Source of the DNA: Callorhinchus milii
Lineage: Eukaryota
DNA length: 64,000 nucleotides
Assembly (NCBI RefSeq): GCF_018977255.1
Contig: NW_024704743.1
Location: 64,358,001-64,422,000, forward strand
Direction of reading: 5' to 3'
Below are positions 1 through 13,286 of the stretch, in pieces. The translations under genes and the position numbers were made by a program. The notes beneath the pieces were generated by a model. That model worked only from the letters and a program-made list of their open reading frames with translations. It did not search any database and was not told where the DNA came from. Position 1 is the first letter of the stretch, and the number at the start of each line of letters is the position of its first letter.

Positions 1-143
1 TCATCCCATAATCTATAGGCAAGGAAGAAAGGGAATGCTGCCTTGTGCACCACCCACTGCAAGTGAGGCTTTCTGCGTATCTTTTAAATGTTTGAATTGA
101 TATGTTTAATGTTAAAAACAATTCTCATCCTTTTTGTCTCCAG

Positions 144-320
144 AAATGACCCTGGACAATATGCTAAATGACCCAGTTACCAAGCAGATCACCCTGCTCT
201 CACAGCTGATGGTTAATGTCTCATCCTGCATTCTAATGGACCGCTTCCGGCCTCTGGAATCTAAAGAGGCATTAGAACACCAAGCACAAGGGCTAATGAG
301 TGATAACACCTTCCTGGCTA
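144..320 (+). CDS. ABCA13: ABCA13 window exon 1 (end of ECD1: ...VNVSSCILMDRFRPLESKEALEHQAQGLMSDNTFLA)
   Basis: tctccag acceptor ends 143; gtaagt donor at 321; phase 1 joins next exon as Ser (A|GT). Confidence 0.88.
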
Positions 321-1639
321 GTAAGTAAAATGATGAGACTAGGGACTGGGAGGGAATATTTCTGCACTGTGTCTGACATTGTATTTTTTATTTCCATGGG
401 GATGCTTTTAAAAGAAAGGTAAGTGGCTGACATAGGGCATTCATCCTCTTTTATTAATATTTAACACAATGATTTTAAATTACTATCCATCTCACAGATG
501 ATAGGTGAAGACATTGTTGATGTGTTGCAAAATACAGTGGAAAGTTTGTTTTATGCTGTATCTTTCGGATTATTATTAATTAAGAAGTTATCTCGAATTT
601 CAAGAACATTGAAGAAAATAGAAGGTGACTACTGCTGACAAAGGCTAAATACCAACTGAATGAGGCTACACTTGAATCTTTGAAAATATCCTTTGAGCTC
701 ATTGTGCCTTGATATTTCCTTGTCCTTTTCAGATAACTGTGAAGACCATCCTGTGGATGGTCGTTTTGTTTGCCTCTTTGTCTTGGTCTCAATTTATAAA
801 TGAGTTCTTGATGTTCTTTGTCAGGAAATGGTTGAGCCCAATGCTCCGAAATGCTATCTTTATTTTCCTCTGGTGGTCAAGTTGACGAAGTGGCCCTTTG
901 ACTATTTTTCCAAAACATGTTTTCTGAATTCTCTGACAATCTTTTAAGTTTAGATTTCTTTTGCCCTCCAATTATCTGTCCACCTCTGTCCACTGAAAAT
1001 GTTGACTCATGCTGAGATAGAGTTCCATAGGCACCAGTTGCCATTCTACATGATTGAGCCTAGGTATTGAGTACAAGCAGAATTGACCTTTTTGATGGGC
1101 TTTCAGATACACCAAAGCAGCAGAACAGATTTGGCACAGATTTGGAGTTCCAAAGGGCACTTTGAGGTCAGACACTGGCAAATATTGCTTTGCCCAGATG
1201 GTATATGATGATTTTATTAGGTTACTGGGAAAGATGGTTGAGTCCTGGAACCTGAACTCATTTAAGAAACAGTTTGATGCTGTAATTGGAGGTTGGTATG
1301 TTAGATATTCTGGAAGGATGGGATCAGATGGGCTGAAGAGTTTTGTTCAATAACTTCTCTTGTGATATGTACTTAAGTTCTATAATGACTGCTGGGATAT
1401 GTGCTTGAGCTTCTTTCAGATCATTGCTTTAGGATGCAACAGAGTGTAGAACAAGAGGACATGTGTGTAGCATTGTAAAAGGCAATTTCAGGACAGATAC
1501 CAGGAAGTGTTTTTTTGCTCAGAGGGTAATGAACAACTATGGGAAGGTGGTTGAGGCAACAAGGTGGTTGGACTCTTTAAAATACAGTTTGAGGCTGTGA
1601 TGGGAGGACAGTAGGTGAGCATAGACTAGGCTGGCTAGT

Positions 1640-1970
1640 GTAACACTGGGAGAGTGCTACATTGCTGGAGGTGCCATCCTTCAGATACAACATTAAACTG
1701 AAGATTGTCTGCCTGTTCAGGTGATGTTAAGATTCCATGGTATTACTCAAAAAGAGAAGGAAGTTTCTCCCAATGTCCTGGCCAACAATTCCCAGATAAA
1801 ATTGATCAGCCACTTCATAGCTGTTTGTGGAACATTGCTGTGTGCAAATTGTCTGCCATGTTCTGCTACAAAATACACAGTCACTACATGTTACAGTAAA
1901 GTCCTCTGAAGCTTTTTGAGATGTTCTGACAATGTGATAAGATGCAAAATCAAATGCAAATGCAAGGATG
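1640..1970 (+). mobile_element. Deu-domain SINE (SacSINE1/AmnSINE-like), 5'-truncated
   Basis: GGAGGTGCCATCCTTCAGAT...TTAAACTGAAG...TTCAGGTG...AAGATTCCATGG resembles the Deu core as recalled; L2-type tail. Confidence 0.75.
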
Positions 1971-2400
1971 GCCTTTTAATCAAGATGTGAAGCTCTGTCA
2001 TTGTGAGGAGCACTGTGAGCCAGTTCTTGATGTGCTCTTTCTGTACCTATAGTGGAGTGCAATTAACTCACTTCAGCTACCCAAGAGTGATGCTGTCTGA
2101 ATACTGCTGCTCGCAGCAGGGCAGCTCCACGCGCTGATTAAAAGCATAAAGGTTGGGATGTGGATGAATGATGCCCCGCAGGGTAGTGTCAAGCACAGCT
2201 GATATCTGTGTTGTCAGGCATTCTGACCTCATGCTGGGCCTGAGACTCTGGCTTAAGACCAGGCAGTGCATTAGTACGCCTTTAAATTGATGGCAGCTTG
2301 AAACTCCTCCACATTTATGCTGATGGACTGGACAGTTTGTCAGTATTTATAAAGCCCATCTCCCCTGTCTGATCTTTTTAGGATTGAATCTGATAGGATT

Positions 2401-2662
2401 GACTTGGGTTCGATTCCTGGCTGGGCGAAATGTTGGGCACGTTTCCTTACTCCACACGCCTGATAATAATCCCTTGAGAAAAAAATATGATAAATTGTTC
2501 ACTTCAATCCACAACTGTTTGTGGGACACTGCTGTGTTCATTGGCTGCTGCGTTTCGCTCACAAACATACAGCGAATTCTCTTTACAGTATATTCTGTGA
2601 ATCGCTTTGAGACATCTAGAAGATGTGATATGGCGCTATATCAAATGCAAGGATTATTATAT
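2401..2662 (+). mobile_element. tRNA-Ala SINE, 5'-truncated
   Basis: B-box, family body and TATCAAATGCAAGGATTATT tail. Confidence 0.85.
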
Positions 2663-3748
2663 ACTTACTGCTAGGTAAACAGAGGTGTGTGAAGTAAGGA
2701 AACGTGCCTAAGGTTTTGCCTCTATATCTGTTCAAACATATCCAGATTTTACTTGTTCCTCGCACTCGCTCCACTTCAAATATTGATGGTTTAGGACAGG
2801 GGAGTTGCTATCTATAGACATTTCTTGCGTTTACTTATACATTGTAGCTTAGCTGTATCTGAGGTAAAACAGTTGCATTCATATCAATACATCTATCTAA
2901 GGCTATCCTTAAACAATACTTTTAACATAACATAACATGTAGAAGCAGGAGTAGGCCATTCAGCCCTTCGAGCCTGCCCCGCCATTCAATCATGGCTGAT
3001 CTTCTAATCTAACTCCAGCTAATAACCTGACCCTGCCTTATCCCCATATACCTTATTCCTTTTTGCAATAAGAAATCTATCAATCTCAGTCTTGAATATG
3101 TTCAAGGACTGAGCGTCAACAGCCCTTTGGGGTAGCGAGTTCCATACATTCACCACCCTTTGAGTGAAGAAGTTCTTCCTCAACTCAGTGCGAAAGGGCT
3201 GGCCTCTGATTTTAAGGTTGTGACCCCTGGTTTTAGTTTCTCCAACCAGAGGAAACAATCTCCCACTATCTACTCTATCATGCCCTTTGATGATCTTGTA
3301 GGTTTCTATAAGATACCCTCTAATTCTTCTATATTCTAGAGAATATAGGCCCAAATTGATCAGCCTATCCTCGTAACTCAACCCCTTCATCCCTGGTACT
3401 AACCAAATAAATCTACGCTGCACCCCCTCCAAGGCAAGTACGTCCTTCCTTAAATGAGGAGACCAAAACTGGACACAGTAATCCAGGTGTGGTCTCACCA
3501 GAGCCCTATACAGTTGCAGCAAAGACTTCCCTACTCTTATACTCTAATCCTTTCATAATGAATGCTAACATACCGTTCACCTTCCTAATTGTTTGCTGCA
3601 CCTGCAGACTAACTTTCTGTGATTGATGCACAAGGACACCCAAGTCCCTCTGGACACTAACACATTCCAATCTCTCCCCTTCTAAAAAATAACCCGCTCT
3701 ACTGTTTTTGCTATCTAGGTGGATGACTTCGCACTTCCCTACATTATA

Positions 3749-4042
3749 ATAATAATCCTTGCATTTGATATAGCGCTTTTCACGTCGGGAGGACGTCCCA
3801 AAGCGCTTCACAGAATATACTGTAAAGTGAATTGACTGAATATTTGTGGGCGAACGCGGCAGCCAATTGCGCACAGCAATGTCCCACAAACAGTCATAGA
3901 TTGAAAATGACCAATTTATTATTGTTTTGTTTTTTGGAGGGATTATTATTAGGTGTGTGGAGTAAGGAAACTTGCCCAAGGTTTTGCCCCGCCTGGAATT
4001 GAACCCAGGTGTCTCACTTGCAAAGCGAGTGCTACAGGACTC
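3749..4042 (-). mobile_element. tRNA-Ala-derived SINE (short form) inserted in CR1 RT region
   Basis: Matches the other family copies; TTATA duplicated at 3744-3748 and 4043-4047; small deletion removes part of the A-box. Confidence 0.92.
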
Positions 4043-5346
4043 TTATACTTCATCTACCACCTACCTGCCCAATCACCTAACCTATCTATGTCATGCTGCA
4101 TTTTTTTAATGTCATCCTCTGTGTTGACACTTCCTCCTAGTTTTGTGTCATCCACGAATTTAGATATATTAACTTCGACGTCCTCATCTAGATCGTTGAT
4201 GTCGATGGTAAATAGCTGAGGCCCGAGGACTGATCCTTGTGGCACTCCACGAGTCACATCCCGTCAATCTGAAAAGGACCCGTTTATACCTACTCTTTGT
4301 TTCCTACTCGTTAACCATTCCCCAATCCACGTTAATCTCCTCCCCCCAATTCCATGGGCCCTTATCTTTTGGACTAACCTTTTATGCAGCACCTTATCGA
4401 ATGCCTTTTGGAAGTCCAAATAGACCACATCCACTGATTCACCCTTTTCTAGTTTACTGGAATTATCCTCAAAAAACTCTATGAGATTTGTCAAACATGA
4501 CTTCCCTTTTTTAAAGCCATGTTGACTTGGCCTAATTATATGGTGCTCCACTAAATACCGCACTACCACATCCTTAATCAATGATTCTAAAATGTTCCTA
4601 TCACTGATGTGACACTAACTGGCCTATAGTTCCCCATCTTTTCCTTTCCACCTTTTTTAAATAGTGGTGTGACATTTGCGATCTTCCAATCCATGGGGAC
4701 TGTTCCAGAATCCAAGGAATTTTGGAAGATCAGACAGAAGGCCTCCACTATCTCATAAGCTACCTCTTTTAAAACCCTAGGATGCAAGCCATCCGGACCA
4801 GGGGATTTGTCACTTTTTAGTGCTAACAGTTTTCCTAGCACCAATTCTCTACTAATGAAAATTTCCCTAAGTTGGTCTCTGTCCTTATCCCCTTGGTGCA
4901 TCTCTATTGTTGGCAGAATTGTTGTGTCTTCTAGGGTGAAGACAGATGCAAAGTACCGATTTAGGGACTCTGCCATGTCCTTGTCTCCCATTACAACTTC
5001 TCCTGTCTCTGACTGAAGTGGACCTACATTTACCCTCACTAGCCTATTCCTCTTAATATATTTGTAAAAACTTTTACAATCAGACTTAATGTTCCTAGCT
5101 AGCTTACCCCCATACTCCTTTTTCTCGCTCTAAATGAGTTTTTTATTTTTATTTTGCTGGTTTCTAAAACTCTCCCAATCTTCAGATTTGCCGCTTTTCT
5201 TGGCAGTTTTATAAGCCTTTTCTTTTAATTTGATGCTTTCCCTAACTGCTTTAGTTAGCCACGGATGAATTGCTTTTCCTGTGGTGCTCTTATACCGCAA
5301 GGGAATATGCAACCTCTGAGAATTTTGCACTACATCCTTAAATATT

Positions 5347-5672
5347 GGAGTCCTGTAGCTCAGTGGTTAGAGCACTCGCTTCGGAAGTGAGAGACTTGAG
5401 TTCAATTCCAGGCAGGACAAAACCTTGGGCAAGTTTCCTTACTCCACCACGCCTAATAATAATCCCTCCAAAACCAAAAACAATAATAAATTGGTCATTT
5501 TCAATCTACGACTGTTCGTGGGACATTGCTGTGCGCAATTGGCTGCCGCGTTTGCCCACAAAAACTATACAGTCAATTCACTTTACAGTGTGTTCTGTGA
5601 AGCGCTTTGGGATGTCCTCCTGAAGTGAAAAGTGTTATATCAAATGCAAGGATTATTATTATTATTATTATT
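5347..5672 (+). mobile_element. tRNA-Ala-derived SINE (short form) inserted in CR1 ORF2
   Basis: Head GGAGTCCTGTAGCTCAGTGGTTAGAGC, B-box GTTCAATTC, (ATT)n tail; ATATT duplicated at 5342-5346 and 5673-5677. Confidence 0.94.
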
Positions 5673-8364
5673 ATATTTGCCACTGTTGGTCTATATTTTT
5701 ACCTCTTAATCTTATTCTCCAGTCTATTTTACCTAAATCTTTCCTCATACCTACAAAATTAGCCCTATTTAAATTCAGAATACTTGCCTCGGATTTAACT
5801 ATATCCCTCTCTAACTTAATGCAGAATTCAATCATATTGTGATCACTCTGCCCTAGGGGAGTCTTAATACCTACACTGCCAACTGGCTCTGTTTCGTTAC
5901 ACAAAACAAGGTCTAGGATGGCCTGTCCCCTAGTTGGTTCCTCGGCGTGCTGCTCTAGAAAGTTATCTCTCATATATTCAACAAACTCTTCTTCTGACCT
6001 ACTTTTGCCGATTTGGTTTTCCCAATCTATGTGGAGATTGAAATCACCCACTATTATCGCTTTACCTTTCCTACATGCTCCACTGATTTCTTGATTGATA
6101 TCCTGTGCTATATTGTGATCGCTCTTTAAGGGGTCTATAAATCACTCCCATTAATATTTTCTGCCCTTTATTATTTTTTATTGCCACCCATATTGTCTCG
6201 ACCTCCTGGTCATCGGATTTCAGATCCTTCCTCTCCACTGCTTTTATTTCATCCCTAATTAACAGGGCTACCCCCCCACCTCTTTTCCCACAGTGCCTAT
6301 CTTTCCTGTAAACTGAGAACCCTGAAATAATTAACTCCCACCCTAGATCTCCTTGTAACCATGTTTCAGTGATGGCTACTAGATCGTACCCATATGTGTC
6401 TATCTGTGCTTTTAATTCATCAGTTTTATTCTGAATGCTTCGTGCATTCAGATATAACATTTTTAATTTCCTACCATTTCCTCTACTCTCTGATTCCTTA
6501 TCTACTTTGCCAAGCTTCTTACCCCTAGTTAGCGTATTCCTATTATCTAGCATCTTTACTTTTTCTAATGCTAACTTATGGTTTTCTTACCTATATATTC
6601 TCCCCCCTTTACTAGTTTAAATTCCTATTTATTTCTCTGTTAATTCGTTCAGCTAAGACATTTGTCCCAGCACGATTTAAATGCAGCCCTTTTCTCCGAA
6701 AGAGCTCTTTTCCCCCAATACTCGTGCCAATGGCCCATAAAAAGAAACCCCTGAGTTCCGCACCACTCTTTTAGCCATGCGTTCAAGTCCTTAATTTGTT
6801 TGTTCCTGTACCAATTGTCGTATTGTACAGGCAGTAGTCCCGATATTACCACCTTCGATGATCTTGACTTCAATTTGGATCCCAGCTCTTCAAATTCCCT
6901 TCTTAAGTCATCTTGGCCTACTCTACCGATGTCATTTGTACCTATGTGAAGTACCACCCACGGATCCTTGCCCTCATATTTTAAATTGTCCTCTAGCCCT
7001 GCCGAGACATCCTTCACCCCGGCCCCAGGGAGGCAACAAAGTCTTCTGGTCTTCTGGTTGGGGTTGCAGATGATTGTGTCTGTCTGCCTAATAGTCTCAT
7101 CCCCAATGACGACAACCATCCGCTCTTTTGCCCCAGTGTTAGAGGTAGTTTTTCCTTCCACCTCACCGGCTTCCTTGTCGATACAAGTTCCAAGGATCTC
7201 ATACCTGTTGTTCAAGGTTAATGCCGGATTTACTACCACTCTTTCCGTTGTCCCGCTGACCTCCTGACTGTCCATTGACCTATCCTGACCATAATCAAAG
7301 TTGAGTGTATATTCCCTCAAGGGAGTGACTGGCTCCAGGATGTAGCTAACCAGGAATCACTCACTGTTCCTGATACTCCGTAGTATCTGCACCTCGGAGT
7401 CCAGCTCCTTTTCTAACTGTATCTTACTATATATATTTTCATAGTAACATGGTAACAGATCTAGGCAGAAGTAGACTGTTGGTCAAGTACCTGGATGATC
7501 GTTAGTTCCTGCAGCTAAATGTTGACAAATCGAAGCAATCCTCTGATAAAGTCAGAGTCAGCCAGCGGGAGCAAAGCTGGAACCGGAAGGGTAGTTGAAG
7601 CCAGAATGTTGGACTTGTTTACGAAACAGCTTGATGCTGTAATGAAAAGATAGTGGGATGGATATTGTGAAAGAATAAAATCCAATGTCTTCATTTATGT
7701 GATCTTGTCTAGTTCCTTCTTGAAATCCTCTACAAGCAGAAAGTCTCCCCTAGGCTTTTCTTGAAGGATTTAACATTGGTTTCCTGGTGTGCATTTTATA
7801 GCTGTTTCATCTTGAGAAAATGACTTAGAATGTTATAAAGATGAAATATGTTTGTAATTTAGACAACATTTCTGACTGGAATGAATTAGCATTAAAGTTC
7901 TGGTAAAAGTATTATTAGTGTTTATGGTGATAGCAAAATTATGCTTTGAAGTTCACTCTTTGATCATCTTATCTCAGCTGCTGATCTGAATTCACATGAA
8001 TAAAATAACTGGAATAACATTTAAATCAATCAAAATTCAGTTACCTTGATGAGCTGTATACTAATGTTCACACTTTCTCAGTGACACACTGATGTCCTTT
8101 TTAGATTGTAGTGGAGCTGGTACTTGACTAGTTTGCTGTAGTGTACTTATTTTCATAATATATTAGAAGACCGCAGATTCTAATAATGTGGAATTTCATG
8201 CCAAAGAGACTCAATCTATCAATTGCTGATATTTTTCCTGATATAAATGTGCAATTAATGTTGCATTATTGTAAAAATCGTCAGTGTGCAACCACTTGAC
8301 AGCTTTATTTCTCATTCAGATAAAATTGTCTTCGCCATTTCATTGGGAAATGTGAAAAATATAA

Positions 8365-8600
8365 AAATACAAACAACTGCAATACAGAATTATAACTTTG
8401 CAGTACAGAAAAATGACCTCCCTGTAATACAGAAATATAGCCTGCTGTAATACAAGACAAAATATAACTCCTGTAATACAGGACAGAAATATAACCCTCT
8501 GTAATATAATAAATGCCCTCCCTGCAATACAGAAATTTAACATTGTGATACAGAAATTTAACAGCATACCAATACAGAAGTATAACTACTGCAGAAATAT
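8365..8600. repeat. Degenerate tandem repeat (CTGTAATACAGAAATATAA-like)
   Basis: Recurrent TACAGAAAT and CTGTAATA motifs. Confidence 0.75.
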
Positions 8601-8948
8601 CATTTATATAATTCTCTCTATACCTGATAAAGAATAAAGGACTCCAATTTGTTCTGCAGGGCATGTCTGCTGAAATAATTTCAGACAATAATTAATTAAT
8701 TTATCCAGTCTGCTGGATAAATTAATCATGTTGAGGTTGAGAATAGTGTTGGTTTTGGATGACTTGAGCGATGTACCTCAATGTGACTGGTGCCCAAGGA
8801 ACTGTACCACAGTAGAAAAATACAAAGAGGAGTGAAAAAACTTCAGCATAGGAGGGGAGAAAGGAAGAAAGAAAGCATATTTCTTAAGGTTACGGGAATG
8901 GAAATGCTTAGTAGATTCTATTAATGTTTGGCATTACTTTCAATTTAG

Positions 8949-9261
8949 GTGTGTTTTTCGCTGTTGATGATAACAACACATCCAGAAAGAGCCGAGCCCT
9001 GTCTTCACCCCTTCCACCTCAGATGAAGTACACTATTAGGACCAGTATTCTGCACAGTATGCCGACTGATATAAAGAAAAATCCCCAATGGAAGGCCAAG
9101 CCTAAGAAATTACCCACGGCCAGTTTCCGCTACAATCGTATCTTCATTCCACTGCAAGATATGATTGAGCGAGCAATCATACAAATGCAGACTGGTCAAG
9201 ATGTTCCTAACCCTGCAGTGCAGGTGCAGGGCATGCCGTATCCGTGCCACAAGAATGATAA
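8949..9261 (+). CDS. ABCA13: ABCA13 window exon 2 (VFFAVDD...FIPLQDMIERAIIQMQTG...MPYPCHKND)
   Basis: tttag acceptor; gtaagt donor at 9262; conserved ABCA LQDMIERAII and PYPC motifs. Confidence 0.93.
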
Positions 9262-9793
9262 GTAAGTCAGCTGGTCAGACTACACCCCGCACATGCTTTT
9301 ACACCAAATTTAAGACACATTTTTTACGTAGTGCCTTTCGCATTGGGAGAACGTCTCAAAGCGCTTCATTAGAGAGGTACAGTACCTCAGTGGCAGATGT
9401 GCAGTTTATGCTAGAAAGCACTTCTTTTTTTTTAGGTGAAGGGTCAGTAACGCTAATCCTCTCCTGGGGAGTAGTTATTCAACTTGCTTCTCGTTGCTTT
9501 TGTTTTAAACCAGTGAAGTTCACAATAAAGTGTGGGTGGGGGGGGGCGGGTGGCGGTGGGAGAAGAAATAAGGCATGTGATGTGATGATCACATTATGGG
9601 ACATTCTTCTCCTGGAGGTATCCTTGTCAATAATTGCCTCTCCCGACTTCGTAAATACCGATGTGAAAACATTTAACAAAAAATAGTCATGGGATTACGA
9701 ATCGGGTGTTCAGTAAATGTTTCTAAATGATTCCTCTAAAATGTCAGTTTCATGCTGCTTATTGTAAATTCCTGGGTATTTCCTTTCTAACAG

Positions 9794-9908
9794 GTTTCTG
9801 AATAACATTGGCTTCTTCTTTCCACTGATAATGATGATGGCGTGGTTGGTTTCTGTAGCTGCCATGGTCCGCAATCTGGTGCACGAGAGGGAGCTCCGGC
9901 TGGAGGAG
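9794..9908 (+). CDS. ABCA13: ABCA13 window exon 3 ([40 protein letters not shown] helix)
   Basis: taacag acceptor; gtaatc donor; conserved VxExExRLxE motif. Confidence 0.95.
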
Positions 9909-10461
9909 GTAATCCGAGGGATGTGAAGCTTGGCATTCAACGTTTCTTAATGGATTGAGTAAATGTACCTCAAATTTCAGTTCACTTCACTTTACCTGAT
10001 TGAACAGGCATATGATGATTTGAAAAGGAAAGCTATAAGGGTGGACTGGGTATATGGGAAATTGGGAAATTTCCCGAGACCCCTCACTGGAATTCTTGAC
10101 CTCCTCAAAATGCAGTCGTGCTACCGACCACTATACAATGGTGTGGGGGATGACCGGTGGCGGTGGTGGTGGAGCCGGTTGCAGTCGAGAAGTTGAAGCC
10201 GTGAAAGATCCTTTTGATTCCCAGCAGGCGGGTGAGGAGGAAGGAGAAGGATGGAAGGGTTTGGGGAAGAAAATACTTGTCCAGTTTTTTCGGGGCGCCC
10301 CACAAGAATCAGTACCTGGTCCCCTTTGGATGCTTTGATTTGGGGATTGGAATCACATGATGATAAATTGTGTCACATATTTGTCCTTGTTGCATTTCCA
10401 TACCATCCCATTTAGAATTTTTTTTTGGAGGTTTGTAATCATTTCTTTTCTTTGTGCACAG

Positions 10462-10791
10462 TACATGAAGATGATGGGAGTTCAGCCAATCACTCACTTT
10501 ATTGCCTGGTTTCTGGAGAATGCTATTGTCTTAATCGTGAGCAGTGCTATACTCACCATTATCTTCAAAGCCAGTCACATCCTTCCCAATAGCAACGGAT
10601 TCATTATCTTCCTCTACATGGTTGACTTTGGAGTTTCTGTTATTGCAATGAGCTACCTGATTGCTGCCTTCTTCAGCCGTGCCAACACTGCAGCTCTCAG
10701 CGCCAGTCTGTTCTACATCATTACTTTCTTCCCCTACATGGTCCTAGTGGCTCTACAGAACCAACTCATCTTTTCCAGCCAGATTCTAATT
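10462..10791 (+). CDS. ABCA13: ABCA13 window exon 4 (YMKMMGV...; TMD1 helices)
   Basis: gcacag acceptor; gtaagt donor; 110 mostly hydrophobic codons. Confidence 0.95.
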
Positions 10792-11359
10792 GTAAGTATT
10801 GCTTGCAAACAGTGGAATCAATCCAAACCTGACACCTTTCCCCATTCATCCATAGGATCATAGAATATTGCAGCACAAAGACAGGCCTATTGGCCCATCA
10901 AGTCTACCCTAGTGTTTTCTCTTCCACATGAGTCACCTAATTTAATACCACTCTCTTTCTTACACCCTTTTAATATTCCTCCTCTTAAAGTAACTTCCTA
11001 ATTCCTCTTCAAATAATTTATGGCCTCTGGCTCAACAACATTTCGAATTCCAAATTCCAAGTACTCAGTGAGTGAAGTGTGTTTCCTCTGCCTGTGACTT
11101 GTCTTATTGAAATAGAAGGAATGCTTCCAGATATTTTTCTCATTTTAGTGGAACAATGCTCATGAAAATGCTACATTTGTGTCAATAGTGACTTTTAGTT
11201 CATTAATGAAGTTGTTGTAAAAATGGAGAAATAAAAATCCTGAAGGGTTGCTCTCTGACTTTACAACACTTTTCTCAGGCCAAGAGCAAAAAGAAAACTG
11301 GAAATGAAACTTGTAATCCTTAAACTATAGACAACAAACTGAGGTCATGTCTGTCCGTT

Positions 11360-12597
11360 CAGGTGGATATCTCCTCTTTCCTCTCATCCCTGTCCCTCTG
11401 CACAAACTCCTGCTCAAAATGGGCGATTTCAACCTTCGTCTCAATTGCCCCTGTTCCATCTCGTCTGACTTCGCCGGCCTCCCCTCCACCCTAAACATCA
11501 CCCTCCACATAAACTCCCCGACCCACAACTGTGGCCACCCCCTCGACTTGTCATCACCCTTGGCCTAAACATGCCCATCATGTTATGATATGTCCATCAT
11601 AGACACGGTCATCCCAGACAACTTCCTCATTGCCCTCTTCTCTCTTATTCCCCTCCCCTCATCCAAGCCCTTTTTCTGCCCCTGGAAAAAGCTTCCTCCC
11701 TAGTCCCTCACAAACGCCCTCTCATCCTCGAACCTTCTCTCCCTCAATCTTCCTCTCGCAGTGATCCACACGCAGCTGTCAAGCTGCTGAAGGATCACCT
11801 CTCCTCAACCTTCAATTCCCTTCAGGTCTGCCTCCAAGCCTCCCCACTCCCCCTGGTACATCAGTCATCTCCGCTCCCTCAAATCCCAAACCTGGTTGCT
11901 CAAGTGTAGATGGCACAAAACCGGCCTCACGGTTCACCACCAACTGTGGCTCCCTCTCTCAAGCCCAAACCGCTTTCTACACACAGGTCATTCTTGAAGC
12001 CAAAAACAACCCCAAAATCCTGCTCTCTAGAACCCAGCACCTCCTCCATACCCCCTCTCAAGTATCTTTGATCCTCACTTCAGATGGCGAGTGCGAAGAA
12101 GTCCTTCTTTATCTTTAAGATAGATAACATCTGCCTGGCTGTCTCCTTCTCCTCCTCCCCACCACCCCACCACATGCTTCCTTCACCACCCTCCCCTCTT
12201 ACCACGGCCCACACCATACACTCCTCTGCACCCATCTCTCCCTCCTCCCTTTCCCTCACCATCACCAGGATGAGGCCTCAGGTTCTATCCGACTCCCCCT
12301 CATAACCGCTGTCATCACTTGTGTCCTTAAAAAATCTGCCCTCGATCCTTCCAACCTCACACACTTCAGATCTATCTCAAACCTGCCCTTGTGAAAGTTT
12401 TGGAACCAGTCATTGCGAATCAACTTCACTCACACACCTCTCTCCACTCCCTACTTGAACTTCTTCAATTTGGTTACCTCCCTGACAGAAAAAACACTCA
12501 TCAAAGTAACAAATGACGTCCTCTCTCTCTGTGACCAGGACTCCCTCTGACTCCTCGTTTTCCTAGACCTCTCGCCTGCGTTCGTCACAGTGACCGC
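11360..12597 (+). mobile_element. L2-clade LINE ORF2 fragment, degenerate
   Basis: C-rich strand; GDFN endonuclease motif, PTH..GH.LDL, RSISNLP-like and LDLSxAF-like RT remnants. Confidence 0.8.
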
Positions 12598-12829
12598 ACT
12601 GGATTGAGTGACCAAATTATTACTATTTTTAATTTTTTTTTAAGGGGGTTATTAACCCCAAAAAGCAATCCGCCAATCCGCTAATAACTGGTTCCTACTC
12701 ACTGCTAGGTAAACAGAGGCGTGTGGAGTATGCAAACTTGGCTAATAAGGTTTTGCCTGCCCGGGATTCGAACCTGGGACCTCTCGCTTGCAAGGCGAGT
12801 GCTCTAACCACTAAGCTACAGGACTCCAC
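12598..12829 (-). mobile_element. tRNA-Ala SINE (long form), 3' part missing
   Basis: Intact head plus the extra CTGTTTACCTAGCAGT...GGAACC segment. Confidence 0.88.
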
Positions 12830-13216
12830 TTCATATCATTTATACCAAATGCAAAGATTATTATAATGACTCCAGTTTGCGAATATAAAAGTTTTGTTCT
12901 TTCTACATTCTCTACGCATGATTTTCATCTTTGAACCTCATTCTGATGTTCTGGCAAAACCATAAGTATGCAAAAAGAAGAGTATCTGCTGAACCCACGT
13001 GTGACTGTAATAAAGTTGCTTTCCATCTTCCTATTCAATTGCTTATGCTCCAAGGATGATTAATTCAATTGTATGAAGAAGATGCAGAGCACATTCCCTG
13101 TAAACCTGAAAGAAAAGGTTATACAGCTTGTAGTGATTTTTATCAGTTTTAAACTTGAACTTGCTTGCAATAGCTTTACAAATCTTGTATTTACAATTTT
13201 TCAAATTCTTCTCCAG

Positions 13217-13286
13217 TGTCTCCTGTGTGCAACTGCGTTCAGCCAGGGAGCATATATTATCACCATCTTAGAAGGGGATGAAACTG
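13217..13286 (+). CDS. ABCA13: ABCA13 window exon 5 (CLLCATAFSQGAYIITILEGDET)
   Basis: ctccag acceptor; gtaaga donor; phase consistent. Confidence 0.93.

Larger units (their letters stand above)
2924..7415 (-). mobile_element. CR1-clade LINE, 5'-truncated within ORF1, inactive
   Basis: ORF1 SGNH-esterase-like (VVVIGDE, LPGA, HIGTNDIG, GLHLN). ORF2 APE endonuclease (YLNARS, ITETW, GDFN, SDH) and RT (YLDFQKAFD, GVPQGSVLGP, FVDDTKL). CR1-type 3' end GAATGGCCTACTCCTGCT plus (TATGT)n. Stops, frameshifts and two SINE insertions disrupt it. Confidence 0.95.

Noticed and set aside
3019..7320. Active retrotransposon or domesticated RT gene
   Set aside because: 5'-truncated, with multiple stops and frameshifts, two SINE insertions and FVDD in place of the usual FADD.
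8305..8688. 127-aa minus-strand ORF
   Set aside because: Translation of a low-complexity degenerate tandem repeat; no recognisable domain.
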